From Caecitellus pseudoparvulus (taxonomy: Eukaryota > Protista > Bigyra: Bicosoecida): DNA of 64,000 bases. Location: assembly GCA_965644315.1 (NCBI GenBank), contig CBFFRQ010000075.1, positions 51,898 through 115,897 on the forward strand, written 5' to 3'. Shown here in pieces: positions 44,134 through 54,773 of this stretch. Position numbers and translations under genes: made by a program. The notes under the pieces were generated by a model. That model ran no database searches and was not told where the DNA came from. It saw nothing but the letters and a program-made list of their open reading frames with translations. How positions within the stretch are numbered: position 1 is the first letter of the stretch; every line of letters begins with the position of its first letter.

Positions 44134-46060
44134 ATGTCAGGCAAGGCAAAGAATGGCACTCGAGCTCCACGGCGTAAATACGCCGAAGCCTGCCTCCCAG
44201 TGCGTGAGCAGCCTGCCGGTGACTGCGCCTGGCGTCAGGGTCTGGAATGAGCCCAGCGCCCACCCCGTAAAAGGCGAGGCACAGGCGAGCAAGCTCTCCC
44301 CACGCCCCTCCCCTGTGCAGTGTGCGAAGGTGAAGAAACGATGCATTGGTGGAGTGCCTTGCCAGCGCTGCGAGCGCTTGGGCATTGAGTGTGTCTTGCG
44401 CAAGCCCAAGAAACGCCAGCGAGATCAAGGCCCTGACGAGGCAGCCTCGTCGAGCATCACGCAGCAGGCGGGCGCCACGGCACCTGCTGCGGAGGAGCAC
44501 GTGAGCAAGGCCGCCAGAACTGCTGCGCACCAGGCCGCCCCAGGAGCCTTCGCGAACCAGCTGCAGAGGCATCACCCGGCAATCGGGCCGGAGCAGGGTG
44601 TGACTGAAGTGGCAGGTGCAGTGCAGGTGACGAGCCCCCAGGACCCCCAAAGTGCGCGACGCTCTGCGCCTGTGCCGAGGCAGCCCGCCACACGGCTCAC
44701 CGCACACATGCCATTCCTGTGCAGGCAAGCAGGCAGCTGCAACACACCCCTTTGCGCCCCTTGTGCGAGATGTGCACGACAAGGTGAGGAGTGCCTGCGA
44801 CTGTCACGTTGCTCTCGTCAGCCCGTCACTGCCCCTGCACGCGCTCCGCAGCCTGAGACCCTGGCAGGGCTGGAAGGTGAGGACGGGGAGGAGGTGATGG
44901 CGCTGCAGTCTGCGCTGGCTGCTAGCCCTGCCGCGCAGCAGTTGGCGGCCTTCGAACCCATGTACGGTTTCCCCACGGCCACCTTCGCGAACCTTGCGCT
45001 GGAGGCGTTCCTGCGGTGGACGCCGGGGGACAAAGCCACCATCGGCATGCCTGCGTCGGGCGCCGTCATGTGGGCCATGCCGGGCGTGGCACTGCAGCAG
45101 GCGTTGCTGATGCGGGGCATGGTGGAGGCGGGGCTGCCTCGCCTGCGGTGGGAGAGCACGGTGCTGCGCACGGTGTACGAGCACGCAGACAGCTTCGTGA
45201 ACCCGCTGAAGTCTGAATTCGAAGCTGTGAACGTGACATACGACGCGCACATGCGGGTGTGGCCCTTCCGCGGCGGGCGCACGCTGCACATGTCCGTGCT
45301 GGACTCCTCCTTCTGCGGCACCCTGACGCAGCAGCAGAAGGAGCGCGCCATGGTGTTCACACGGGAGCTGTCCAACGCCTTTGAGGCTTGCTGCGACGAG
45401 GTGCTGCAGACTGGCCCTGGCGCCAGTGCCGGCGCCGCACCCCGAGGCGCCTTCGCCACCGAGGTGGCTCGTACAGCTTCCTCCATGTCCACGTACGACG
45501 ACGCGTCTGCCGGCGGCACTGGCGCAGAGAGCAGCAGCGCAGGCAGCAGCGCGACGCAGCCGGCTGCCATCAGCTTCGAGGGGCGCTCCTGCGCCGGGGA
45601 AGGTGGCCGCGTCATCAGCGTGCGGTTCCCGCGCCCCAGCCGAGACATGATGTTCCTCGTGCACATGGCGTTCCTGTGGAACTGGGTGCTGTCTGGCACG
45701 CCCTGCTCGGTGGCAGCCACCCTGCGTGCAGCCAAGGTGGCAGTGGCGGAGCCAGGGGACGCCACCCCCCCTCTGCCCCTGCCCACCCTGCAGTGTCCCA
45801 TGCCCTCCCAGGTGGCCCACCAGTACAGCCACATCCTGCACGGCATGCAAGTGCTGCGGGCGGTGCAGGAGGGGCGCAGCCACGACGCCAGGGCGGCCTT
45901 CCCCCACTTCGCAGCGGCTGGCATCCACGCACGCCTGGATGCCTCGGGCGTCGTGCGGGTGAGCGTGGACCCCACCGGCACGGTGGGCCTGCGCACCTTG
46001 ACGCCCGCCGCCAATGCCGCGCGCAGCATGGCATCTCTGTACGAGTCCATTTTCACGTAG
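44134..46060 (+). CDS. Zn(II)2Cys6 (GAL4-like) binuclear cluster transcription factor; intron 44200-44320, probable introns 44652-44724 and 44784-44851
   Basis: Splicing gives RRKYAEACLP|CAKVKKRCIGGVPCQRCERLGIECVLRKPKKR, which is Cx2Cx6Cx5Cx2Cx6C. Confidence 0.8.
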
Positions 46061-46100
46061 TTCCCGAGGCCAGCCGTGCACAACCTGTGCCTTCCGCAGG

Positions 46101-46746
46101 CTACTCCGTCACGCCCAGGCTGCGCGTGAAGGTGACGCCTTTGCCCGTGGCCGGCCCGAACAGAGCCAGGCCTTCGCCCCGCATGCGAGGCGCCTCGTCG
46201 CTGAGGTACGTCTGGAAGGCACCTTCGTCCTTGAATCCATACATGCTTGTGATGGCGCCGCCAGGGCCATCCATCTGCTGCTGCACGACGCACGCCCACA
46301 GCGCGCCGGCAGCCACCATGTCCGCCGCGTGGCCGCCACGTAGCCACTGCAGGAACTCCTCCACTACGGCGTCGTCAGGCAGGTGGGCTGTGACGCTGTA
46401 CAGCACAGGCGCTGGGTCGACGGGGCCCACTCTGAGGCACTGCCGGCCCATGGCCCGCGTGAAGGTGACGCCCTTCCCAGTGTCCGGCCCAAAGCGCGCC
46501 AGCCCATCAGCCCGCAAGGGTTTGGCCGGGCCAGCCTCATACTCGTTGAACGCACGCTTGGAAGGGAAGCAGTACAGAGACATTGTGGCGGGGGAGGTGA
46601 TGGAGCTGTGGTCGGGGTGCAGGCGCGTCACCTGCCCCCACTGTGCTCCGCCACTCACCACCTCCGTCACGTGCCCGTCGCTGAGCCAGGCAGTGTACTC
46701 TGCCTGAGTCGCCGCATCGGGCAGGCTGGCTGTGACCCAGTACCAC
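46101..46746 (-). repeat. Tandem duplicated domain (2 x about 320 nt) inside the GCKR-like gene
   Basis: YWVTASLPD..AEYTAWLSDGH...YCF..KRAF.EY...LRADGLARFGPDTGKGVTFTR versus YSVTAHLPD..EEFLQWLRGGH...YGF..EGAF.TY...MRGEGLALFGPATGKGVTFTR. The nucleotide string cgcgtgaaggtgacgcc occurs at both 46123 and 46456. Confidence 0.85.
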
Positions 46747-48593
46747 CAGGGCTCCTCACAAGGCCCACGTGTCAGCGCCGCGCGCAGACTGGGCTGCGCC
46801 GCGAGCGCGTCATCTGCCCCAGCACTCGTGCAGCCCGAGGAAGCCATGAGGATGGCCCGAGGCACGACTCGCTCACGGGTGCTGGCTACCTTGATGTGTG
46901 TGGAGATGGGCGCGTGGGCGATATCATCAGGCACCGCGCTGGCGCCTGGCAGCGCGTGGATGCTGGCTAGCAGGGCGGCCTGTGCCGTGGCCTCGTCGGC
47001 GCCGGCGAACTGGCTCACGATGCGGGCGCAGCGCTGGAACAACTTGTCGTTCAGGACGCCCACATTCACCATGGTGTTGTGCAGGACCTTGCCACTGCCC
47101 ACTTGGGCGATGGTACTGGTGGCGTTCAGCGCCCACTTCAGTGCGTGTGTCGCCCACGTCACGCGGGCGGAGCCGATGCCCCACACTGGCAAGGCAACGC
47201 ACACAAGCAGGTCTGGATGCGTGACGGCCTCTTGCAGCAGCCCCTGCACCATTTTCAGGTTGGTTGCACCTGCATCTGACGGGTGCAGCAGCAGGGCCGC
47301 CACTGTGGCGCCGTGCTGGGCCGCGTGCTGTGCTGTGGGCAGGATGTGCTCTTGCAGTCCCCGCACCCAGGCATCACCCTCCCCGCCTTCACCCCAAAGC
47401 ACAGGCAGCAGGACCGTGGCACCTGTCCACGTATCGTGAGGCAGCGCACTGGCGTCAGGCATGTCCACGCAGCAGTACTTGCTGGCGGCGCGCATGGCGT
47501 CTGCTGAGCAGTGCAGGGGCACTCCACCCCAGCCCCCGGCACGGAAGCCCCGCACCTCGTCGAAGGGGCTGCCGTACGTGTCCGGCATCTCGCTGGCATC
47601 CATCATGCCCATGACGCCGGACAGGGCGCCGCCCAAGTAAACCAGGCGCCCGCCACGGGACAGGGACGCCGTGGCGCTGTGCACCACTGGACACAGCTGT
47701 GCCGCCCCAGCGTACACAGCGGCATGGGTCTGCTGTGCGGCGGCGAGGGCGCCTTGCACTTCGGACAGCCCAGGCGGGAGCTCCGCGCAGCCCCGGACCA
47801 CCAAGTGCATGAGGGTGTCCAGGATGAGCAGTGTGGCGCTGCCGCCCTTCATGCGGGTGCTGCCAGTGATGGGCTCGGGCCCGATGACTGGGTTGATCAG
47901 GAAGCCTTCGGCTGGGTCACAGGTCGCCAGGCGCTGCACGACATCCCGCACGGTGTGCTCCCAGCCCTCCACGGGGGCATCCCGCGCCGCAGAGGCAGGG
48001 TTGAAGCCCACCATAACGGCATGCCCCCCTGCCTGCTGCAGGGCCCAGTGCACTTGCCCCGCCACATACGGCGCCGACAAGCCGCAGGAGATGCCTACCA
48101 GCATCCAGCCGGGGCTGGACGCCACAGCCTCGGCCAGCGCCCCAGCACCTGCCACAGCATCATCCTCCGGCAGCTCGTCGGACAGGATGAGGGCGGGGTC
48201 CCCCCCAGACACCAAGTAGTCACACACAGGCGGGTACCCAGCCCCCTCCAGTGCGGCATTCCACTGCCACGCCGCCAGGTGAGCGAGGCGGCCAGACGTG
48301 CCGCAGCCAGTGAAAACAATGCGGGCACTGCTGCCATGCGTCTTGATCAGCTCCACAGCTCGCGCTGCTGTGTCCACGAGCCGCTGTTGCAGGGCAGCGT
48401 CGCCCAAGCCCACGTGCCCGCGCCAGCCGCCAAAGATCTCATGCTCCGCACTGCGCAGCATGCGCAGGGCGGTGGCGGGCGCCGCCAAGTCAATGCTGGA
48501 CGTGTGTTCATTGGCTGTCTCAGTCACAGGCAGATCTAAAGCAAGGGACGGGTCCTCTGCTGCAGGCGGGGAGGCGCTCGCGGCCTCAGCCAT
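46101..48593 (-). CDS. Glucokinase regulatory protein/MurQ-like double-SIS protein with two C-terminal DUF4286-like repeats
   Basis: PVTETAN, GCGTSGRLA, GGDPAL..ELPEDD, GISCGLSAPYVAGQ, GFNP, GPEPITGSTRMKGGSAT, DASEMPDTYG and KWALNATST...GKV..NTMV...NDKLFQR. Two C-terminal repeats of about 100 aa. Confidence 0.88.
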   Translation of the reverse strand: MAEAASASPPAAEDPSLALDLPVTETANEHTSSIDLAAPATALRMLRSAEHEIFGGWRGHVGLGDAALQQRLVDTAARAVELIKTHGSSARIVFTGCGTSGRLAHLAAWQWNAALEGAGYPPVCDYLVSGGDPALILSDELPEDDAVAGAGALAEAVASSPGWMLVGISCGLSAPYVAGQVHWALQQAGGHAVMVGFNPASAARDAPVEGWEHTVRDVVQRLATCDPAEGFLINPVIGPEPITGSTRMKGGSATLLILDTLMHLVVRGCAELPPGLSEVQGALAAAQQTHAAVYAGAAQLCPVVHSATASLSRGGRLVYLGGALSGVMGMMDASEMPDTYGSPFDEVRGFRAGGWGGVPLHCSADAMRAASKYCCVDMPDASALPHDTWTGATVLLPVLWGEGGEGDAWVRGLQEHILPTAQHAAQHGATVAALLLHPSDAGATNLKMVQGLLQEAVTHPDLLVCVALPVWGIGSARVTWATHALKWALNATSTIAQVGSGKVLHNTMVNVGVLNDKLFQRCARIVSQFAGADEATAQAALLASIHALPGASAVPDDIAHAPISTHIKVASTRERVVPRAILMASSGCTSAGADDALAAQPSLRAALTRGPCEEPWWYWVTASLPDAATQAEYTAWLSDGHVTEVVSGGAQWGQVTRLHPDHSSITSPATMSLYCFPSKRAFNEYEAGPAKPLRADGLARFGPDTGKGVTFTRAMGRQCLRVGPVDPAPVLYSVTAHLPDDAVVEEFLQWLRGGHAADMVAAGALWACVVQQQMDGPGGAITSMYGFKDEGAFQTYLSDEAPRMRGEGLALFGPATGKGVTFTRSLGVTE

Positions 48594-49005
48594 GGCTGGC
48601 GTGGTGAAGCTTGCTGCCCGTCGTGCTCCTGCGGCTGGTGGCGCCGATAACGGAGGTGTATCACTGGAAGAAAAAGCTGCGTGTTGCACTTGCCGTGGAG
48701 GTGTTTCTGGGAGCGTCAATTGTGACAATCTGACCAAGTTTGTGGGTCGCTGGCCAAGAAACTGCGCTCAAGGTTTATCTCGCCTGTCCTACAGTGAGAT
48801 TGGGGCATGTATGAGTCGCAGCTCTGGTTGGGGCTGAGCCTTTCAGCGCCATTCTACACCACCTTCCAAACGACACACTGCACTTGCACCCCCCTGGTGC
48901 ACTTGACACACCTACGTGCCCTTTGCATGCAGCAGGTTCGCCTCCTGCGCTGAACGCTTGGGAGTCCCAATTTCCGCACACGCGACAGGCACCGCAAGTC
49001 ACGGC

Positions 49006-50261
49006 ATGTCGCAGGGGGAAGGCCCACTGGTGCTGCAGGCCTCGGTGTCTGTCTTGCCATGGCAAGGGCTCGGCTACGCCGCTGGATGCCTGTGCATCGA
49101 GGCTGGCCTGCCCCTGGCAGCGGCGTACCTCCTGCATGCCGTGTGCACGCAGACTCTCAGCGTGCCGGCCTTGCGCGGGGCTGTGCTGGGCGCAGCTGGG
49201 CTGGCGTGCCGGTATGGCTTCTCAGTGCTTGCTGGTGCTGCGGTGTTGCCCGCCAGCCGCCTGACTCGGCAGGCACTGGAGGCGGTGGCGCAGTACGCGC
49301 CTGCGCTCGCCGCAAGTCATGGCCTGGGCGGCCCGCTCACCGCCATGGCAGCAAGGGATGCTGCCGCTGAGCGTGCGAGGGAGCAGCTGCTGCATGCTTG
49401 CTCGGGGCGGGAGCTGGTGGTTGTGCGGGACTCTGGGGCGAGGCTGTCGGGCGCGCTGTGCCTGCCCCGCACCACAGCTCCCGTGGGCCTGGTGGTGCTG
49501 CTGGGCGGCAACGGGCAGCTGGCGGAGATGACGCCACCCGCGGTGGTCAAGGGCTACACCGCGTCAGGCCTGGCAGTGGCCGTGCTGAACTACCGAGGTG
49601 TGGGCCGGAGCACGGGGCTGGCCACTCGGCGCGCCCTCGTCCTGGACACCGCCTGTGCGACTGCCCGCCTGGCACGGCACCTGGCCCTCCCCCTGACCAG
49701 TGTGGCTCTGGTGGGGCACAGCATTGGCGGTGGCGTCGCTGCCGAGGCGGCGCTGGCCTTGCCCGGAGTCTCCCTTGCCCTGGACCGCACCTTTGCCCGG
49801 CTGGGGGACGCGGCAGTGCTGCTGACTGTGCCGTGGGCGTGCCGCGGCGCCGCCATCAACGCCTGGTGGGGGAAGGCCCTGCGGGCGCTGGTGAGTGGCG
49901 TCGTGTCGTGGGGTGCGGACTGGGGCCTGGACCCCTTCTTCGCAGTGCAGTGGCTGCGCAGCGGGGCGGCCCCACGCAAAGTGGCCATGGCAAACGTGGC
50001 AACAGACAGGTGAGGCGCGCCCCGCACAAGCACGAGTTGCTCTGCTCACACACCGCTCGCCGTGCCCCGTGCAGAGTCATCCAACTGCCGGCGCAGTTGG
50101 GCGTGCAGCTGCAGCACCACGCGCCAGGCACGCTGGCGCGCATGCAGCAGGAGGGCGGCGTCCTGGACATGGCACCGCTCGGCATGGACGCTCACAACAG
50201 GCCGCTAAACACAAAGGAAGCGACGGTGTGGAAGGCGTGGCTGCTGCAAGCGTGTGGGTGA
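49006..50261 (+). CDS. Membrane-associated alpha/beta hydrolase (ABHD-like); intron 50010-50074
   Basis: LLGGNG, NYRGVGRSTG, nucleophile GHSIGG, DRTF, spliced ATDRVI (Asp) and DAHN (His). Confidence 0.8.
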
Positions 50262-50330
50262 GCGTGTGCCTGACAGCGTGCATTGCGAAACGCTTCCGCG
50301 ACGCTGCCCACTGGGCGGCCCAGAGCGAAT

Positions 50331-51018
50331 TTACTGCTCAGACACCCACTTCAGCAGGAACTTGAGCTCCTCAGAGTCCTTGCCGAAGTCAGCCACGGCG
50401 GCGCAAGAGCACTTGACTGCCTTCTTGGCGGTGCCATCAGCCTTGACCTTGGTCAGGCCAACCCACTGGCCGAGGTCGACAGCGGCGGGCACCTCCATGA
50501 GGGGGATGTTGTTCTGGTTGCACATGGCCTGCAACAATGCAAGGGGCGGGGGGCAGTGCACGCCTGTGGCTGCAGGGTTCGCGGCGTGGGCTGCGGCGGC
50601 GGAAACGCCGGGCTCACCTTCACCAGCTGCACGTAGCTGGCCTCATCGCAGTCAGCGGCGAGGCAGCAGAGACGGGCAGTCTTGCGGTCCAGGGCACGCA
50701 CAGACCTGTGTGGTGTGCACAGGGGCCACGTGCGCGCCAGTACACGGCGTGGGCGGGCAGTGGCAGGACGTACTCGCGCAGGCCACGCTTGACGCTGCCG
50801 CGCACGAGGGCGTCGTTCAGCACGCTCTGCAGGGCCTCCATGGGCTCCAGCTCCTTGGCAGGCGCAGCAGGGGCGCTGACAGTTGTGGGAGCGGCGTCCA
50901 CGGGGGCGACGGGGGCGCCAGTGGGGGGTGCTCTGTGCAGCAAGAACATGGCGTTGTGCGGACACGAAACGCGAGGGCGGCGGCGGGCAGGCACGACGCA
51001 CGCTTCCTCCGCTGCCAT
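50331..51018 (-). CDS. RPS12: 40S ribosomal protein S12 (eS12), 3 introns
   Basis: EALQSVLNDAL...KRGLRE|...ALDRKTARLCCLAADCDEASYVQLVK|AMC...LGQWVGL...KAVKCSCAAVADFG. Confidence 0.93.
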
Positions 51019-51179
51019 GTTGACGTTGGGCAGTTGTCCTCAGAAGAGCTGTTCAGGCTAGCCTGGTGGCTGATGTATGCTTGTCTTGCGGGGTGGGGCT
51101 GACGGGCATTCAAGAGTGGCGGAAGCGTGTAAGTGAGCGGGGTGGCGGTGGTGTGCATTGGCGGCGCGGTGCTGGCCTC

Positions 51180-52856
51180 TCACAGCAGGCCGCCGATGCA
51201 GGCCTTGCCAGTGCCGCAGTTGGGGAAGGGGAGGGTCTGCGGGATGATGGACACCTGCGTGGTGAGGATGAAGGTCTGGTTGGCGGGGCCGGGGAACTCC
51301 AGCTCGCCCAGGAAACCCGTCCAGCCAGCCTCAGGCATGGGGCGGCTGAGCTTGTACACGACGCTGGTGAGGGCGCCAGACTCGTCATAGTTGTTGGAGA
51401 CGGGCTTGACCTCCTCGCCACCCCACAGCTGCGGGACGATGCAGGAGTTGCCGAAGATCTTGACGGGGATCCAGTGGCAGGGGTTGATGGGCGTGTCGCC
51501 CTGCACGAGGCGGAAGTCCCGGCGAGTGGTGTTCAGGGTGGTGGAGTCCCACAGGGTGACCTTGGAGGGCAGGACGGGGCTGGCGTCCACGGTGATGGTG
51601 ATGTCCCCGGTGCCAGGCGCGATGTCCCAGGTGAAGGAGGGCCGCGGCACGTCCTGCATGAGGGAGACGTAGAAGCCCCACAGGCCGGGCAGCAGCTCCA
51701 GGACGCCAGTGGCCATGGTGTGCTCGGCGTTCTGGATCATGAGGCGCAGGGTCTCCCCCGGCAGGTCCCCCCACCAGTAGTAGTCGTCGTCGGGCATGAA
51801 GAACTCGTCCCCCGTGCTGTCAATGACGAGCTTGGGCAGGGTGAGGTTCTCCTTGTACATGAGGGGGTCGATGACGCTAGCCAGCTTGGGCAGCTGGGGC
51901 GTGCCGATGAGCTCCGTGATGTTCAGCACCCAGTACGGCTCGAAGGCGAAGGTCCAGCCGCCGTACGCCTCGTACATGTGCGGCACGTTGTGGGTGAAGT
52001 TCAGCATGTCCATGACGATGGGCGCGATGCCCATCACGCGGGGGTCCTGCACCGCCCCTGCCAGCCACGTCGTCCAGCCGCGCTTGGAGGCGCCGTAAAT
52101 CATCCACTTGCGCAGGTGCACGCCGGCCTTCTTGGCGGCGAAGGCGTCCACCGCGTCCATGCCGCGGATGACGGCCTTGACCATGGGGAAGTAGATGATC
52201 CAGTTGGGGTCGTCGGTGGCCAGGTACTGCAGCCACGTCCACGCCACGGCGTGGTCCTCTGACCGCTCCTTGTGGGCGGGGTCGCTGGGGAAGACGATGG
52301 GCTGGTTGGGGATCTGCCAGATGGTGCAGCTGATGGTGCCGGTGCTGATGGCGGTCAGCGCAGCGGCCAGCACGTCCTCGTCCGTGGCAGAGGGCGGGTG
52401 GGGGTTGTTGTTGTCACCGCCCGTCGCGTAGATGTTGGCGTGGGCTGTGTCTGTCAAGTTGTCGGGGATCTGCAGGGGGCCGCGGGTGGGGCGGGTCCAG
52501 CATCCGCAGCCAGCGCCAGCTCCCCGCACTTGCACTCACCACGACGAGCAGCTGGTGCGTCCACACGCTGCGGCTGGAGTCCGCGGGGCTCAGCCATGTC
52601 TGACTGGTCAGGTTCAGCATGTACCCAGTCCACCCTGGCGTGGCAGGCGGCAGGCGCAGCGTGTGTGCCGTGGAGCCCCAGCGCAAGGCGTGGCGGGTGT
52701 GGGCTGCCCGCGCTGCTCACCTGTCTCGTTGTACCGGAAGCCAGTGTCGACCCACTTGTACGTGTCGTCGGGGGTGTTGACGTAGTCCCACAGGGGGCTG
52801 GCTGCTGCTGTCGCCAGCAGGGCCGCCCCTGCCAGCAGGGATGCAGCGGTGTGCAT
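51180..52856 (-). CDS. Secreted AprA/PqaA-family protein (serine hydrolase-like), 2 introns
   Basis: Signal peptide, then SPLWDYVNTPD, YMLNLTSQTW, WQIPNQPI, EDHAVAWTW, FPMVKA, GASKRGWTTW, DEFFMPDD and QNAEH. Confidence 0.88.
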
Positions 52857-53233
52857 GTTTGCAGGGTCGCTCAAGTGCACTGCACCAGAGTTGAGCCGAG
52901 CGTTCTTGACGCAGGGCTCGCGAACAGGGTGCAAGTGGGGGTGGTGGGAGATGGAGAGGTGGGTGGTTCTGTGAATGGGGGGTGGTGGTGACCGCATTGC
53001 GGCGGTGGGGAGGGGGGGGGTGGGACGCATAGACTGCAGCGCCGCAATTCAGCTCTTCGCACACCCTGTGCAGCAAGGCAGGTAGGTGCCTCCGCGGGTC
53101 ATTCCCTTGCTTGTGCAGGTTCCGTGGGGAGGTTTGTTGGGCCTGACCGCCGTCCAGTTGGTGTTATAGTTCCGAAGCCCCGGGCTGCGCTGGCGTGGAC
53201 TTGGGAAGTCGGCGAGCTGGCGTTTCGTGGAGC

Positions 53234-54661
53234 ATGAAACGGCGCTCATGGCAAAGCAGGGCTGAAGTGGCAGTGCAGAGGGCCCGCTCAGCCATCCAAG
53301 CACGCCACGCATACACTGCAGCTCTGAGTGTGCGCCATGACGGCATCCCCGTGCTGTCTGTTGAGACGCCTGAGCCGGTTGTCGGCAAGGCAGTAGAGGT
53401 GCCTGGCCTGGCGCTGGTGGCCGAGTGGGCCGACGGCGTTGTTGCCCGCGGCGGTGCAGACGCGCGGGCTGGGGTCAGCGGGCAGGGGGAAGACGAAGAG
53501 AACCCCTTTGCATCTGCTGCCCGTGGAGGCAGTGCAGGCAGGGACGCTGGCGTGCTGCGCCGGGCTGCCGCAGCCTTTGCAGGGGCTGTGGTGGACTTGG
53601 CCACACTGCGATGTACGCTGGCTGCGCACCCCGCAGGACTGACGGTGGCAGGTCGGCAGCCACCCGTCTCTGGTTCCCTCGAGGAGGTGCACCAGGCTCT
53701 CCACGTCGCCCTCCGTGCTGCGGCACTGCTGTCTCGAGCGCTGCTGGACAAGGCGGCAGCAGCTGCCGCGGCGCGCAGCGGGCCTGCCCAATCGTGGCTT
53801 GCCCAGCAGGCCAGCGCCAGCACGAGGCCGTTCCTGCCCCCCAGTGAGAACAGAGGGGAGGCCCTGCCCGCCTTGCCCAGCGTCCTGCCCCGGCACTCTC
53901 CACCAACGCAGGTGGAGGCGCGGCTGCTGCAGCAGCAGGTGCTGCGGCTGTCAGCACGCCTCACTCGTGCCAAGGCCGAAGCGGCCGCGGCGCAGGGCAA
54001 GCTGCACGCCTTGCAGCAACACGTGGCAGCACAGGCGCAGGCGCTGTCGAGCAAAGACTCCACCATAGCGGCGCTGCAAGCTGAAGTGGCCCGTCTGCAG
54101 AGCGGTGCAGGAGGAGGCGAGAGCGTGACGCGACCACCCCCCCTGGTGCCTCTCCCCCGCCAGGGCAGTCCCAGCAGCCCGCCCACCCTGGCGACATCCC
54201 TGACACCAGGCAGCACCAGCCGGTCATCCAGTGTCTCTGCCGCGGCTGCAGCGGCGGTGTCCCCTGCGCCTGAGCAACCCGTCATTGGCACTGCGCGCAC
54301 GCGGCTGCATACGTCCCCGCTGCCGGCAGTGTCCCCTGCCGCAGGGGTGAGGCAGTTCGGGGCTCTGTTTGGTGGGCTGGACCGTCCACGCCTCGCTGTG
54401 CCTGAGTCGGGCCTGGCACAGGAGGCTGCCGAGCGCGAGCTGGCACTGCACTCGCCAGCCACCGCAAGTGACGACGCTGCCAGCACTGGCACGCCGTCCT
54501 GGGGGGGGGAACCCAGCAGTTCCCCCCTAGCACAGCACCTGGTGCGTCCACTCACACCACCTGGTGCGACGGGGGTGGGCTTTGGCGTGCGGCGCGACTC
54601 GGTTGCTGCCGAAGGGGGTGGCTGGGAGGGTGGCGACAGCTCAAGCTCTGCGTCAGTGTAA
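53234..54661 (+). CDS. Hypothetical protein with central coiled coil
   Basis: Long ORF with a heptad-like stretch LQQQVLRLSARL...IAALQAEVARLQ. No family recognised. Confidence 0.5.
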   Translation: MKRRSWQSRAEVAVQRARSAIQARHAYTAALSVRHDGIPVLSVETPEPVVGKAVEVPGLALVAEWADGVVARGGADARAGVSGQGEDEENPFASAARGGSAGRDAGVLRRAAAAFAGAVVDLATLRCTLAAHPAGLTVAGRQPPVSGSLEEVHQALHVALRAAALLSRALLDKAAAAAAARSGPAQSWLAQQASASTRPFLPPSENRGEALPALPSVLPRHSPPTQVEARLLQQQVLRLSARLTRAKAEAAAAQGKLHALQQHVAAQAQALSSKDSTIAALQAEVARLQSGAGGGESVTRPPPLVPLPRQGSPSSPPTLATSLTPGSTSRSSSVSAAAAAAVSPAPEQPVIGTARTRLHTSPLPAVSPAAGVRQFGALFGGLDRPRLAVPESGLAQEAAERELALHSPATASDDAASTGTPSWGGEPSSSPLAQHLVRPLTPPGATGVGFGVRRDSVAAEGGGWEGGDSSSSASV

Positions 54662-54773
54662 TGCAAGGTTCAAATCACACTCCACCCCGCGGCAGCTGCA
54701 GGGTGATTGATGTGCATACAGGCAGCTGTTTGCCCCGCCCGTCCCCCGTGGTGCGCTGGGTGCACGGCTCGGC

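Noticed and set aside
44709-44795. Apparent second Zn2Cys6 cluster (CHSC...CNTPLCAPCARCARQGEEC) needing a 1-nt frameshift
   Set aside because: Two canonical introns (44652-44724 and 44784-44851, 141 nt in total) explain the region with a different exon frame, so the Cys pattern is probably coincidental. RNA-seq would settle it.
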